A stretch of 64,000 nt of DNA from an uncultured delta proteobacterium (lineage in GTDB: Bacteria > Desulfobacterota > Binatia > Binatales > Binataceae), in assembly GCA_963699705.1 (NCBI GenBank), contig CAVOUW010000003.1, positions 2,161,776 through 2,225,775 on the forward strand, given 5' to 3'. This document shows positions 9,108 to 18,404 of this stretch, piece by piece. The first letter of the stretch is position 1, and every line of letters starts with the position of its first letter. A program made the position numbers and the translations under genes. Under the pieces are notes generated by a model. The model saw nothing but the letters and a program-made list of their open reading frames with translations, did not search any database and was not told the DNA's origin.

Positions 9108-10565
9108 CTAGTGTCTGTAATTCGGCGCTTCCTTCGTAATAAACACGTCATGCACATGACTTTCGCGCATGCCCGCGTCGCTGACCTTCACGAACTTCGC
9201 CCGCTTGCGCAGCTCCGCCAGATTTGCCGCGCCCAGGTATCCCATTCCGGACTGCAGGCCGCCGACCAGCTGCTCGATATTCGACGCGAGCGACCCGCGA
9301 TGCGGCACGCGACCTTCGATTCCCTCCGGCACATGCTTGCCGTCGGTCACGTTGAGCTGCTGCCCGTAGCGGTCGCCTGTGCGCTCGTTCATCGCGCCGA
9401 GCGATCCCATCCCGCGATAAAGTTTGTACGTGCGCCCCTGGTAGAGAATCGTCTCGCCGGGACTTTCTTCTGAGCCCGCGAACAGCGACCCAATCATCAC
9501 GCTGTTAGCGCCGGCCGCAATCGCCTTGGTGATATCGCCTGAGAACCGGATTCCACCGTCTGCGATCACCGGGATATTGCGCGGCTCGGCGACCGCGATC
9601 GTATCCATGATAGCCGTGATCTGCGGCACGCCGACGCCTGAGATCACGCGCGTAGTGCAAATCGAACCCGGCCCCATCCCGACCCGGAGCGCATCGGCGC
9701 CCGCGTCGCACAGCGCCTTGGCCCCTTCGCTGGTCGCGACGTTTCCCGCAACCACTTCGACGCCGGGCCATTCGCTCTTGGTCGCTTTGATCGCATCGAT
9801 CACGTTCCGCGTATGCCCATGCGCGGTGTCGATACAAATCACATCGACGCCCGCACGCCTGAGCGCCGCCACGCGCGCCTCGCGCTCCGGACCGACGCCG
9901 ACCGCAGCGCCAACCCGCAGCCGCCCGAGCTGATCCTTGCTCGCATGCGGATGGCGAATCGCTTTGTCCATATCCTTAACTGTGATCAGCCCGCGCAGAC
10001 GATTCTGATCGTCGACCAGCGGCAGCTTCTCGATCCGATGCGCCTGCAGAAGCTCCTTGGCATGCTCGAGATCGATTCCCGGCCGCGCCGTGATCACTTT
10101 GCTCGTCATCACGTCGCGCACTTGCTTGTCGAGCCGCCGCTCGAAGCGCAGATCGCGATTAGTCAAAATCCCAACCAGCCGTCCGTCGGAAACCACCGGC
10201 AATCCCGAAATCCGAAAACGTTCCATCACCGCCAGCGCCTCGCCAATTTTCTGCTCGGGGCTGACGGTGATCGGATCGACGATCATCCCGGTTTCATATT
10301 TCTTGACCGTCTCGACCTCAGCCGCCTGCCCCTCGATCGAAAGATTGCGATGGATAAATCCAATGCCACCCATCTGCGCGATCGCAATCGCCGTGCGCGA
10401 TTCGGTAACGGTATCCATCGGACTCGAGACCAGCGGAATGCGCAGGCGGATCTTCGGCGTCAACGCAGTAGATACATCGCAATTGGATGGCAACAGGTCG
10501 GACGATTGAGGCAACAGCAGAACGTCATCAAAGGTAAGTGCTTCGCGAAGCTCCTGATGCGCCAT
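9108..10565 (-). CDS. guaB: IMP dehydrogenase
   Basis: [26 protein letters not shown]...two CBS domains...GIGFIHRN...[17 protein letters not shown] at 10563..10565 (codon 21 of the ORF). Confidence 0.9.
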   Translation of the reverse strand: MAHQELREALTFDDVLLLPQSSDLLPSNCDVSTALTPKIRLRIPLVSSPMDTVTESRTAIAIAQMGGIGFIHRNLSIEGQAAEVETVKKYETGMIVDPITVSPEQKIGEALAVMERFRISGLPVVSDGRLVGILTNRDLRFERRLDKQVRDVMTSKVITARPGIDLEHAKELLQAHRIEKLPLVDDQNRLRGLITVKDMDKAIRHPHASKDQLGRLRVGAAVGVGPEREARVAALRRAGVDVICIDTAHGHTRNVIDAIKATKSEWPGVEVVAGNVATSEGAKALCDAGADALRVGMGPGSICTTRVISGVGVPQITAIMDTIAVAEPRNIPVIADGGIRFSGDITKAIAAGANSVMIGSLFAGSEESPGETILYQGRTYKLYRGMGSLGAMNERTGDRYGQQLNVTDGKHVPEGIEGRVPHRGSLASNIEQLVGGLQSGMGYLGAANLAELRKRAKFVKVSDAGMRESHVHDVFITKEAPNYRH

Positions 10566-10728
10566 AAAAATGTCCTCCTCAACTAGAAAATAAAAAAAGA
10601 GCCCGCGGTTTTTCCGCGGGCCCAATCCAGCCGTCAGTTGTTACACGCAGTCCGTTTAATCAGATGCGCCATAACCGACCCTAACAAGAGCCGCGCACCC
10701 GATCAATACGGGGATTAGGAGATTGAAA

Positions 10729-10784
10729 GTGAAACCCTCCGCGGGTTTCACGCTTCCGCGGCAGGGGTGACCCCTGCACCCAGT
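10729..10784 (+). repeat. family 1 repeat, full copy C
   Basis: GTGAAACCCTCCGCGGGTTTCACGCTTCCGCGGCAGGGGTGACCCCTGCACCCAGT, in the divergent region between guaB and the desaturase. Confidence 0.8.
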
Positions 10785-11009
10785 GAGTCGAGTTCGCGCG
10801 ACTAGCGGGAGCTTGATTAGAAACTTCGGGCGTTCGAGTATCACAGTCCGACTAGCCCCTCGCCTTCGACCAGATTTTCGGGACCGACCACCATCTCCGG
10901 GCTATAAGTTTTTGGATGGGCTCCATCATCAGTACGTTCGGGCTTGGGTTTTGGCGAGAACAAGCGGTCGAAGGGAGACATCGAGAGCATTCGCTGTCGA
11001 GATCGAGAT

Positions 11010-12179
11010 ATGAATTTTGGAGCCAATCGCAAACTCGGCTTTCGATGGGCTGGAGTCCCGATAGCTCTGGCCAGCGCGGTTGCCATATCGCTCGTGGCCT
11101 TGCTTTCCTTCGGAAGCTACGGCGCTGCGATGACTCTCGGGAGGGTTCGTCCGCTACGTAACGCGTATCAATTTCTCTCGAAGTCTTACGACCGGTTAAT
11201 CGATCAGATTGGCCATGAAGTTCTGCAGGACTCCAGAGATACGCCTGCGTTACGACTTATGGTTTCCCTTAGCCTTAGCGCCATACCAATTTTCCTGATC
11301 CAACTCGCTTTGGGAAAACCTCGAGTGCTGCTCGCGATCGCTTTCTACCTTTCCCTTTATGGTCTCAAGTTTCAGCGGTTTGTCAGGATGTTCAGCGCCA
11401 AACACCTGGAAGCGCATCGGCGCCAGGGCTACTTTTCGAAGAAGTACGATAAAGTCTTTGGCCGCTACTTCGAGTTCTTTCTGGGGTATCTCTATGGAAA
11501 CATTCCGGAACTCGATAGGACTGTTCATGTCCATCTCCATCATAGAGAGAATGGCGGATTCGATGACACCGCGGAGTCACGGGGCTACGATCGAACAAGT
11601 CGACTGGATTTCCTCCGGTATCTCTCTAACAACATTTGGACGGTTTTAGGGATTGCCCCATATACCTACTTTAAGGCCAGAGGCGATGAGGAGAACCGAA
11701 GACGCCTGTTATGGGGTATGGTGCGGTACTATGCCTACTTCGGAGCCGTCGTTATCTACGACTGGAGAATTGGGATCATGTTCGTGTTAGTTCCATTTCT
11801 CTGCATGAACTTTCTCACGGCAATAGTCGCATGGGTTCAGCACGCCTTTTACAACTCGGACCGGCCCGAGGACTATTTTGCGCATACCGTAACCGTTCTG
11901 GATGAGGTCAACTTCATGAACGAAGGATACCACCTATGTCATCACCACCGAGCTGGCCTGCATTGGACCGAGATGCCGGCCCATCTCGAGCGGCTTCGTG
12001 ACAGGATGAAAGAGTCTGGCTCCTTGGTGTTCCGCGATCTGGATTTTTTGGGACTCTTCTTTGAGTTGACCCTCCTTTGCAGAATGGATGTGCTTGCCGA
12101 GAAACTTGTCCCTTGGGAACCTATAAGTCACGAGCAGAGATTGGCGTTGCTGGCTAAGAGAACTGCGGTCGAGACTTAG
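11010..12179 (+). CDS. fatty acid desaturase family membrane protein (low-GC, likely acquired)
   Basis: His boxes HLEAHRRQG, HVHLHHREN and HLCHHHRAG with multiple TM segments. Local GC is about 50-55% against about 65% in neighbours. An alternative TTG start is at 10944. Confidence 0.7.
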   Translation: MNFGANRKLGFRWAGVPIALASAVAISLVALLSFGSYGAAMTLGRVRPLRNAYQFLSKSYDRLIDQIGHEVLQDSRDTPALRLMVSLSLSAIPIFLIQLALGKPRVLLAIAFYLSLYGLKFQRFVRMFSAKHLEAHRRQGYFSKKYDKVFGRYFEFFLGYLYGNIPELDRTVHVHLHHRENGGFDDTAESRGYDRTSRLDFLRYLSNNIWTVLGIAPYTYFKARGDEENRRRLLWGMVRYYAYFGAVVIYDWRIGIMFVLVPFLCMNFLTAIVAWVQHAFYNSDRPEDYFAHTVTVLDEVNFMNEGYHLCHHHRAGLHWTEMPAHLERLRDRMKESGSLVFRDLDFLGLFFELTLLCRMDVLAEKLVPWEPISHEQRLALLAKRTAVET

Positions 12180-12185
12180 CACGGG

Positions 12186-12244
12186 TGTAGGGGTCAACCC
12201 GCCGAAGGAAGCAGTGAAAAATGAAACCCACCGCGGGTTCTCAT
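12186..12244 (-). repeat. family 1 repeat, copy D (reverse orientation, degenerate)
   Basis: Its reverse complement is ATGAGAACCCGCGGTGGGTTTCAtttttcacTGCTTCCTTCGGCGGGTTGACCCCTACAC. It lies directly after the desaturase stop. Confidence 0.7.
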
Positions 12245-12264
12245 TTTATTAAGTTATTCCACGC

Positions 12265-13053
12265 TCACTTCCCGCACCAGACTGGTTTGCGCTTTTCCAG
12301 GAAGGCGCCGATTCCTTCTTGCGCGTCCGTTGCCATCGCGTTCTGGCTCATCACTTCTTTTGTGTAGTCGTATGCCTTCGCGGTATCGAGATCGATTTGC
12401 TCGTAAAACGCACGCTTGCCGATTCCGATGATTAGCGGGCTGGCTTCGACTATCTGCATCGCGAGTTTGCGGGTCTCTGCGATTAGCTCCGCGTCGGCCA
12501 CCACTCTGTTCGCGAGTCCCCATTCAGCTGCGATGCGCGCTTTTACTGGCTGCCCAGTCAGCAGCATCTCCATCGCATGCTTGCGTCCGACTGCGCGCGT
12601 CAGCGCGACCATCGGCGTCGAGCAGAACAGTCCGATCCTCACACCCGGCGTCGCGAAACTCGCGCTCTCACCCGCGATGACGAGGTCGCAGGTCGCCGCG
12701 AGCTGGCATCCTGCGGCGGTCGCGATCGCATGCACGCGCGCGATCACCGGCTGTGGAATTCTTTGAATCGTCAGCATTAACTGCGAGCACAGATCGAATT
12801 CATTGCGGTAGAATGCGAGGTCGCGCCCCTTCAGCTCGCCTAGGTCGTGGCCGGCCGAGAACGCCGGCCCGTTGCCGGCGATTATTACCGCGCGCGCATC
12901 GTTGCGTTTGCCAATCGCGACCAGAGCGTCGTTCAGCTCCGTCATCATCGCGGTGGACAGCGCGTTGCGCTTCTCCGGCCGGTTCATCGTGAGCGTGACG
13001 AGCCCGGCTTCTTCTTCGATGATCAAATTCTTCTGCCCGTTTTCATTCGCCAT
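12265..13053 (-). CDS. enoyl-CoA hydratase/isomerase (crotonase family)
   Basis: AVIIAGNGPAFSAGHDLGEL...IARVHAIATAAGCQLAATCDLVIAGESASFATPGVRIGL. ATG at 13051..13053. Confidence 0.85.
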   Translation of the reverse strand: MANENGQKNLIIEEEAGLVTLTMNRPEKRNALSTAMMTELNDALVAIGKRNDARAVIIAGNGPAFSAGHDLGELKGRDLAFYRNEFDLCSQLMLTIQRIPQPVIARVHAIATAAGCQLAATCDLVIAGESASFATPGVRIGLFCSTPMVALTRAVGRKHAMEMLLTGQPVKARIAAEWGLANRVVADAELIAETRKLAMQIVEASPLIIGIGKRAFYEQIDLDTAKAYDYTKEVMSQNAMATDAQEGIGAFLEKRKPVWCGK

Positions 13054-13083
13054 CGGTTTTCACCTGCCTTTGATTTCAGTCTC

Positions 13084-13914
13084 TCACTCGGGCGGTTCGT
13101 TTTTCCATTCCTCGGGATAGAGCAGCAGCAAGTCCTGGCCGAGCGCGCGCACCAGGAATCGCTGCGTCTCATTGATCGCACGTTCGAGCGCCCGCCCGCC
13201 AATCAGCCAATGCCCGCGCCCGCGAATCGTCGTCAGCTTGGCGCCGATCGACTCGGCGAATTTCGTGGTCTGTTGCAGCGGCGCGAAGATGTCCGAATCG
13301 CCGGTGACGACGAGGCGAGGCGCGGCCTTGTCCACTGCCGCGAATTCGATTGCACCGGTGATTACGTCGGTCGCGAGCGCGCCCGAATCGGGAATCATCG
13401 CCTTGATCAACCCGTCGCGCGTGAACGGATCGGAATCGGCGATCAGCTCGAACAGAATTCTCCCGCTCGGCGGTTTGATCGGCCGGCCGAGCATCATCGC
13501 GATGCGATTTCCGATTCCGCCGATGAGCGGTGTGCGAAAGCCCGGCACCAGCGGCGCATACGCGACCGACGCTTTTACTCGGCGATGCTCGCTGAGCTTG
13601 AGCGCGACCAAGCCGCCGACGCCATGACCGAGCACGACCGCGTCGCGGCCGATTCCCTCGATCGCTTCAGCTGCCAGCGCGGTCAAATCATTAAAGCGAA
13701 GTTTCTCGATCGGCGGCGTCGAGTCTTTGCCGAACACGGCGCGCAGATCAGGCACGAACACTTCCCATCCGATCGACGCGAGGTAGCCGACCACCAGCGC
13801 GAGATGCCGCGGCCTCGTGAAGAGTTCGGGCAGGACGATTATCGGCCACGCAAACTTGACCGGCTCGGGCAGCTCGCGCTGTGCGGGGATGCGGCCGAGT
13901 ACGAGGTCGTCCAC
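13084..13914 (-). CDS. alpha/beta-hydrolase fold protein with an atypical nucleophile elbow (GHGVGG)
   Basis: PIIVLPELF...VVLGHGVGGLVAL...VTGDSDIFAP...GRGHW. Asp and His are retained, but the expected Ser in G-H-S-x-G is Gly (codon ggc at 13621..13623). Confidence 0.7.
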   Translation of the reverse strand: MDDLVLGRIPAQRELPEPVKFAWPIIVLPELFTRPRHLALVVGYLASIGWEVFVPDLRAVFGKDSTPPIEKLRFNDLTALAAEAIEGIGRDAVVLGHGVGGLVALKLSEHRRVKASVAYAPLVPGFRTPLIGGIGNRIAMMLGRPIKPPSGRILFELIADSDPFTRDGLIKAMIPDSGALATDVITGAIEFAAVDKAAPRLVVTGDSDIFAPLQQTTKFAESIGAKLTTIRGRGHWLIGGRALERAINETQRFLVRALGQDLLLLYPEEWKNEPPE

Positions 13915-13926
13915 AGCAATGCCGGG

Positions 13927-15189
13927 TTAGGCGCCGCGCGACGCCGCCGCCATCAGGCGCGCGAATCGGAACGAGAGAGACGCAGCCTTCGGCGCCAGCA
14001 TTTGCGCGAACCTGACCATCTCGTCCGCCGCCCATTGTTCGCGGCTCGCCGCGCGATGCGCCAGGTGGCTGCCCTGGTCGAGTGGCAGCTCGCGCGACAC
14101 GCGAATGCTCGCGTTGTAGTACGGCATCAACTCGGCATCGCGCCGCCGCGTGAAGTCGCTCAGCATATCGACCGGAATCGCATTGCCACGGCCGCCGGAG
14201 AACCACTCGCGCGCGAGCTCTCCGACCATCCACGCGCTCATCAACGCCATCGAATGCCCCTGGCCGAACAGCGGATCGACGTGCAGGCCCGCGTCGCCGA
14301 TCAGAATCGCGCCGTCGGTGACCGGATCGCGCCAGGTGTTGTTGAGGATGCCCGAGGAAAATACTTTGCCCGCGATGGTCGCGCCTTCGAGCATCTTCCC
14401 GACTGCGAGCGAGCGAGCGAGTGCGCTTCGCAGATTCGATGCGAGGTCGGTTCGAAAGGTTTGCATCTTCGACGCGTCGAACGCGGTCGCCGCGACCGTG
14501 AGTCCGTTTTCGCATCGACAAAGCAGGTTGGCCTCGCCGGGTGCGGACTCGAATTCCGCGATCAGATCGTCGCCGAGATTTTTCCGCGAGACGCCTTCGA
14601 AGTACGCGTAGTAGTACGCGCGCGCGCACGGCACATCGACGCGCTTGAACGCGTCGATCCGCTCCGACGCGATCTGCGCGACCGAGCTGCGCATCCCGTC
14701 GGCGCCAATCGTCAGCGTCGCACGAAACTCGTGGACGCCCGACGCATCTTCGCCGCGAATTCCGACCACGGCGTTATCTTCGATCAGCAGATCGGTAACT
14801 CTGAAGCGTTCGCGAAACGTGACGCCTTCGAAACTCCGCGCCGCATCGATCATCGCCGCGTCCATCAACACGCGTCCGAGGCAAAGTCCGCGATCGTCCG
14901 CACCGTCGTGCATGAGTTCGGCGCTGTAATCGAAGTCGGGACCGACCGTGCGTGAGCGCGCGAAGCGTACGCCGCCCACGCGCTCGAGCATTTCGAGCAC
15001 GCCCATCCGCTCGAGCACTTTGGTTCCACCGCCGAGCACGATATGCGTCGAGAGCCGATCCGACGGGAACACATCTTTATCGACAAGCAGAACGCGGCGG
15101 CCGTCACGCGCAAGTAAAATTGCGGTCGCGCTGCCGGCGACGCGCGCGCCGACAATTATCACGTCAAAAGTTTTCGCTGACTCGGACAT
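13927..15189 (-). CDS. FAD-dependent oxidoreductase (geranylgeranyl-reductase/monooxygenase-like)
   Basis: MSESAKTFDVIIVGARVAGSATAILLARDGRRVLLVDKD (Rossmann GxGxxG/FAD). The ORF extends to 15246. ATG 15187..15189 is chosen as the start and the exact start is uncertain. Confidence 0.7.
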   Translation of the reverse strand: MSESAKTFDVIIVGARVAGSATAILLARDGRRVLLVDKDVFPSDRLSTHIVLGGGTKVLERMGVLEMLERVGGVRFARSRTVGPDFDYSAELMHDGADDRGLCLGRVLMDAAMIDAARSFEGVTFRERFRVTDLLIEDNAVVGIRGEDASGVHEFRATLTIGADGMRSSVAQIASERIDAFKRVDVPCARAYYYAYFEGVSRKNLGDDLIAEFESAPGEANLLCRCENGLTVAATAFDASKMQTFRTDLASNLRSALARSLAVGKMLEGATIAGKVFSSGILNNTWRDPVTDGAILIGDAGLHVDPLFGQGHSMALMSAWMVGELAREWFSGGRGNAIPVDMLSDFTRRRDAELMPYYNASIRVSRELPLDQGSHLAHRAASREQWAADEMVRFAQMLAPKAASLSFRFARLMAAASRGA

Positions 15190-15265
15190 CAAGCTTCGCG
15201 AGGCTTCGCGATCGACCTCTATCATGTTGAACGCGCGCGCCCGCAAGCAAGCGCCAGCATAAGGA

Positions 15266-15293
15266 AAGAGCCCCCTCTTTCGAAGGGGCTCTC
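15266..15293 (-). terminator. GC-rich hairpin (AGAGCCCC-loop-GGGGCTCT) downstream of the small basic ORF
   Basis: An 8-bp perfect stem at 15267..15274 / 15285..15292. It is followed on the minus strand by the T-rich CTTTCCTTAT. A second hairpin is CCTTCGGGG...CCCGAAGG at about 15356..15385. Confidence 0.35.
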
Positions 15294-15395
15294 CCGTGTT
15301 GCGAGGCCTTTCAGCCTCGGCTTATTCCAGCAGCAATCCCTGGCAGCCTTAGCCAGCCTTCGGGGTATTAGCCCGAAGGTAAACTCGTTAAATGA

Positions 15396-15500
15396 CTACT
15401 TCTTTTTGGTCTTTTTGGCAGGCTTCTTTTTTGCCATTTTGCTCTTCCGCATCGGTTTGGACTTGGTGGCCTTTTTGGCCCGTTTCTTCATTCCTGGCAT
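15396..15500 (-). CDS. 34-aa lysine-rich small basic protein (unlisted small ORF)
   Basis: MPGMKKRAKKATKSKPMRKSKMAKKKPAKKTKKK*. The ATG at 15498..15500 is preceded by a GGAGG Shine-Dalgarno (plus strand CCTCC at 15507..15511, 6 nt from the ATG) and followed by hairpins. It is flanked by an AT-rich intergenic region. Confidence 0.4.
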   Translation of the reverse strand: MPGMKKRAKKATKSKPMRKSKMAKKKPAKKTKKK

Positions 15501-15745
15501 AGGTACCTCCTCTTCCTAGGCTGCTGCTGGAGAAGCGCCTTTTCTTATAGATGAGAAGTCATCTCTCATCGGTTCGAGGCGATTATAGAAACATGTTATT
15601 CTCAAATCAAGGGCCCGAGCGGGATTTATAAAGAAATTTTAAAGTCGAAAGAGTGCAACTGAACCGGTCTGTTTCGGGTCTTTAGAATGACGTTCAAAAT
15701 TAGATGTCTTGAACTGAGACTGACGGTTGAATTAACATCGCTGGG

Positions 15746-16081
15746 ATGACCCGCTTAAGCTTTGTACTCCGCCGCGAGTGGCTCAGCCTAATCTTCGGCG
15801 GGGTGCTAGTGATGCTTATCTTAAGCGCGCTGCTGGGCAACCTGGGTCCGCGCGACCTCGTTGCCCTCCAGAGCCATCGTGCCGCGTTGGAGGCCCGCCG
15901 TAGTCAACTGGCGGCAGAGAATGCGATGTTCAGAACGCGCGTTCAGAAGCTTCGTTCAGATGACCACTATATCGAGCGCCTCATTCGCCGCGAACTCGGC
16001 TACGCGCGACCCGATGAACTCGTGTACAAGTTCGCCGACGATCCCGACACCGATCGCGACAATCAAAACTCTGCTCGCTAG
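15746..16081 (+). CDS. ftsB: septum formation initiator FtsB/DivIC-like
   Basis: N-terminal TM (LSLIFGGVLVMLILSALLG) followed by a coiled coil (LQSHRAALEARRSQLAAENAMFRTRVQKLRSDDHYIERLIRRELGY). Confidence 0.7.
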   Translation: MTRLSFVLRREWLSLIFGGVLVMLILSALLGNLGPRDLVALQSHRAALEARRSQLAAENAMFRTRVQKLRSDDHYIERLIRRELGYARPDELVYKFADDPDTDRDNQNSAR

Positions 16082-17412
16082 AAAATTGCGCTCGAGATCA
16101 ACCGGTACTCGCGCGCCTGGCGTTCCAGGTCTTCGCGGAAATCCGGATGCGCGATCGAGATCAGCGCGCGCGCCCGCTCCGGAACTGATTTGCCTTTCAG
16201 ATTGACGATCCCGTATTCGGTCACGACGTACATCACGTCGGTGCGCGGCGTCGTTACGATATTGCAGTCGTCGATTCGCGCGACGATTCTGCTCGCGCGC
16301 CGTCCCGCGCGTTCGTAAGTCGAAGCGAGGCACAGAAACGACTTGCCGTCGCGCGAGGCATATGCGCCGCGCACGAATTGCAGTTGTCCGCCGGTGCCGC
16401 TTATCTGCCGCGTCCCTGCAGATTCGGAGCACGCCTGTCCGGTGAGATCGATTTGCGCGGCGTTGCAAATCGAAATCACACGGTCGTTCTGCATGATGTG
16501 ATTCGGCAGGTTGGTGTAGTCCACCGGGCCTGCGAAACACGCCGTGTTGCGATCGAGAAAGTCGTACATCCGCTTCGATCCAGCCGCGAACGTGTACGTC
16601 ATCTGGTAGCGATTGGTCGCCTTGTGCGCGCCGGTGACTTTTCCGCTCTCGAACAGCGACACAATCGAATCGACGAACATCTCGGTATGCACGCCGAGGT
16701 CCTTGATCGGCGCCGTCGCGAGCAATTCGCAGACCGCATTAGGCATCGCGCCGATCCCAATCTGCACGCACGCGCCGCTGGGAATCTCGGGCGCGATCAG
16801 CTCCGCGACTTTTTGATCGACCGCGTTCGCCGCCGGATTCTTCAGCTCGGGCATCTCCGACGCGCCCGCATCGATCACGAACTCGACATCATCTATATGC
16901 ACCGCGTTCTCGATTCCGAAAACATACGGCACGCTCGCGTCGGTCTCGACGATCATCGTCCTGGCCTTTTCGCTGATCGCTTTGTGATACGTGATCGACG
17001 GGCCGAAGTTGAAAAAGCCGTGCTCGTCCATCGGCGCGGTCTTCAGAACCGCGAGGTCAACGTCGATGAAGCGGCGATAGTTGTCGGGCGCTTCGCCGAA
17101 GTTCATCGGAATATGATGTGCGAGACCGCGATCGTGCATCTTGCGGTCGAGCCCCGAGAAATACCACGACATGTAGGTGAGATGACGCTCGTCGGGATCC
17201 GCCTCGACCGCCGCGCGCGGACGCATCGCGAGGCATCCGCGAATCTTCACGCGCTCGAGCTCTGTCACGCGCGACGCTAGCGCGCGATCGAAAACGTCCG
17301 GCTGCCCAAGTCCAAACCCGTATTCGACCCAGTCGCCGGATTTGACGCGCGCCGCCGCGTCCTCGGCGGTGATTTTTTTACGTTTGAGTTCCCCCTGGTA
17401 AACATTCGCCAT
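16078..17412 (-). CDS. acetyl-CoA hydrolase/transferase family protein (4-hydroxybutyrate CoA-transferase-like)
   Basis: MANVYQGELKRKKITAEDAAARVKSGDWVEYGFGLGQPD...GIGAMPNAV...ISGTGGQLQFVRGA. ATG at 17410..17412 inside the longer ORF. Confidence 0.8.
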   Translation of the reverse strand: MANVYQGELKRKKITAEDAAARVKSGDWVEYGFGLGQPDVFDRALASRVTELERVKIRGCLAMRPRAAVEADPDERHLTYMSWYFSGLDRKMHDRGLAHHIPMNFGEAPDNYRRFIDVDLAVLKTAPMDEHGFFNFGPSITYHKAISEKARTMIVETDASVPYVFGIENAVHIDDVEFVIDAGASEMPELKNPAANAVDQKVAELIAPEIPSGACVQIGIGAMPNAVCELLATAPIKDLGVHTEMFVDSIVSLFESGKVTGAHKATNRYQMTYTFAAGSKRMYDFLDRNTACFAGPVDYTNLPNHIMQNDRVISICNAAQIDLTGQACSESAGTRQISGTGGQLQFVRGAYASRDGKSFLCLASTYERAGRRASRIVARIDDCNIVTTPRTDVMYVVTEYGIVNLKGKSVPERARALISIAHPDFREDLERQAREYRLISSAIF

Positions 17413-17575
17413 CAGTGCGTCCTCGTGTCGATTCCGATGATTCGCTTGACTGCGCGGTTGGCGTAAGATTCTCTTCAACCGGCGTACTCCAATCAATGCC
17501 AAGTATCGAACCAGTCACGCAAGCGCCCACCAGCCGATCGCGACGCGCGCCGTCTGACGCCACCGGGGGAATTTA

Positions 17576-18004
17576 ATGTACTTTGTTCGCGGCTTCGTTC
17601 TCGCTCTTCACATCTTCGGCGTGATCTTCTGGATGGGCGGACTTTTGATGGTCACCAGCCTGCTCGCGCGGGTACCCGAAGAAGTCGGACTGCCCAAGGA
17701 GCGTTTTCTCGGCGCCGCGCGCGGTTTGTTCGAATCCACGGTCAACCTCGGCGCCGCTGTCAGCATCATACTCGGCCTGCTGATGATTCTTTTGGATCCG
17801 ACGGTGCTGCAGCACGGATGGATCCTCGCGAAGTTGCTGCTGGTCGCAATCCTGCTTTTCTATCACGTGCGCTTTTATCGCCGGATCAAGTTCCTGGAGA
17901 ACAATCCGAGCAAATCATCGAGCCGCGAGTTCCGCGTCATCCACGGGATGGTAAGCGCGCTACTGATCGCAATCCTCGTACTGACAGTGCTCAAACCCTT
18001 CTAG
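17576..18004 (+). CDS. HemJ/CopD-like (UPF0093) small integral membrane protein
   Basis: 142 aa, 4 TM. LHIFGVIFWMGGLLMV...KLLLVAILLFYHVRFYRRI resembles the HemJ family. The assignment is tentative. Confidence 0.5.
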   Translation: MYFVRGFVLALHIFGVIFWMGGLLMVTSLLARVPEEVGLPKERFLGAARGLFESTVNLGAAVSIILGLLMILLDPTVLQHGWILAKLLLVAILLFYHVRFYRRIKFLENNPSKSSSREFRVIHGMVSALLIAILVLTVLKPF

Positions 18005-18007
18005 CGA

Positions 18008-18391
18008 TTAAGTCGGGCTCGCGATCGAAGCGTGAATATGCGCGATACACCAGCGTCCGTCGCGCTTGCGCAAAATGAAGCTGCGCCGATGCAAAGGACC
18101 CGGCAGCTTCAGATGAAACGTCACCAGCGCGATATCTCCGAACTCGCGCACGACCATTTCCTGCGGATCGATCCGGATTGGCGTCGGCATCTGCTTCAGA
18201 GCCTCGCTGATCGCCTTGAACTGCTCCATGATTGCCGCGCGGCCATCGAGCCTCGCCGGATACGTTCCCAACGGCGAGAACATTTGCGCGTCTTCCTCGA
18301 AGTACGGAGCGATTCTATCGAGATCGCGCGACTCGACCGCCCGAAAAAATCCATCAAGCGTCTCGCGGATGTCGGAATTTTCTTGGGCCAT
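18008..18391 (-). CDS. SnoaL-like/NTF2-family protein (DUF4440-like)
   Basis: 127 aa. LDGFFRAVESRDLDRIAPYFEEDAQMFSP...RKRDGRWCIAHIHAS is the ketosteroid-isomerase-like fold signature. Confidence 0.6.
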   Translation of the reverse strand: MAQENSDIRETLDGFFRAVESRDLDRIAPYFEEDAQMFSPLGTYPARLDGRAAIMEQFKAISEALKQMPTPIRIDPQEMVVREFGDIALVTFHLKLPGPLHRRSFILRKRDGRWCIAHIHASIASPT

Positions 18392-18404
18392 TTTTTTAAC
18401 TCTT

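Noticed and set aside
9060-9473. 137-aa + strand ORF upstream of and across the guaB 3' end
   Set aside because: It starts inside the family-1 half-repeat and is antisense to guaB. An artefact.
12847-14955. 702-aa ORF on the + strand
   Set aside because: Antisense to the crotonase / hydrolase / FAD-oxidoreductase operon, whose sense-strand products have clear family signatures. The antisense translation is R/D-rich junk.
17440-17575. Possible sigma70 promoter TTGACT…TAAGAT between the CoA-transferase and the HemJ-like gene
   Set aside because: The spacing between the hexamers is only about 12 nt, so it is not a credible -35/-10 pair.
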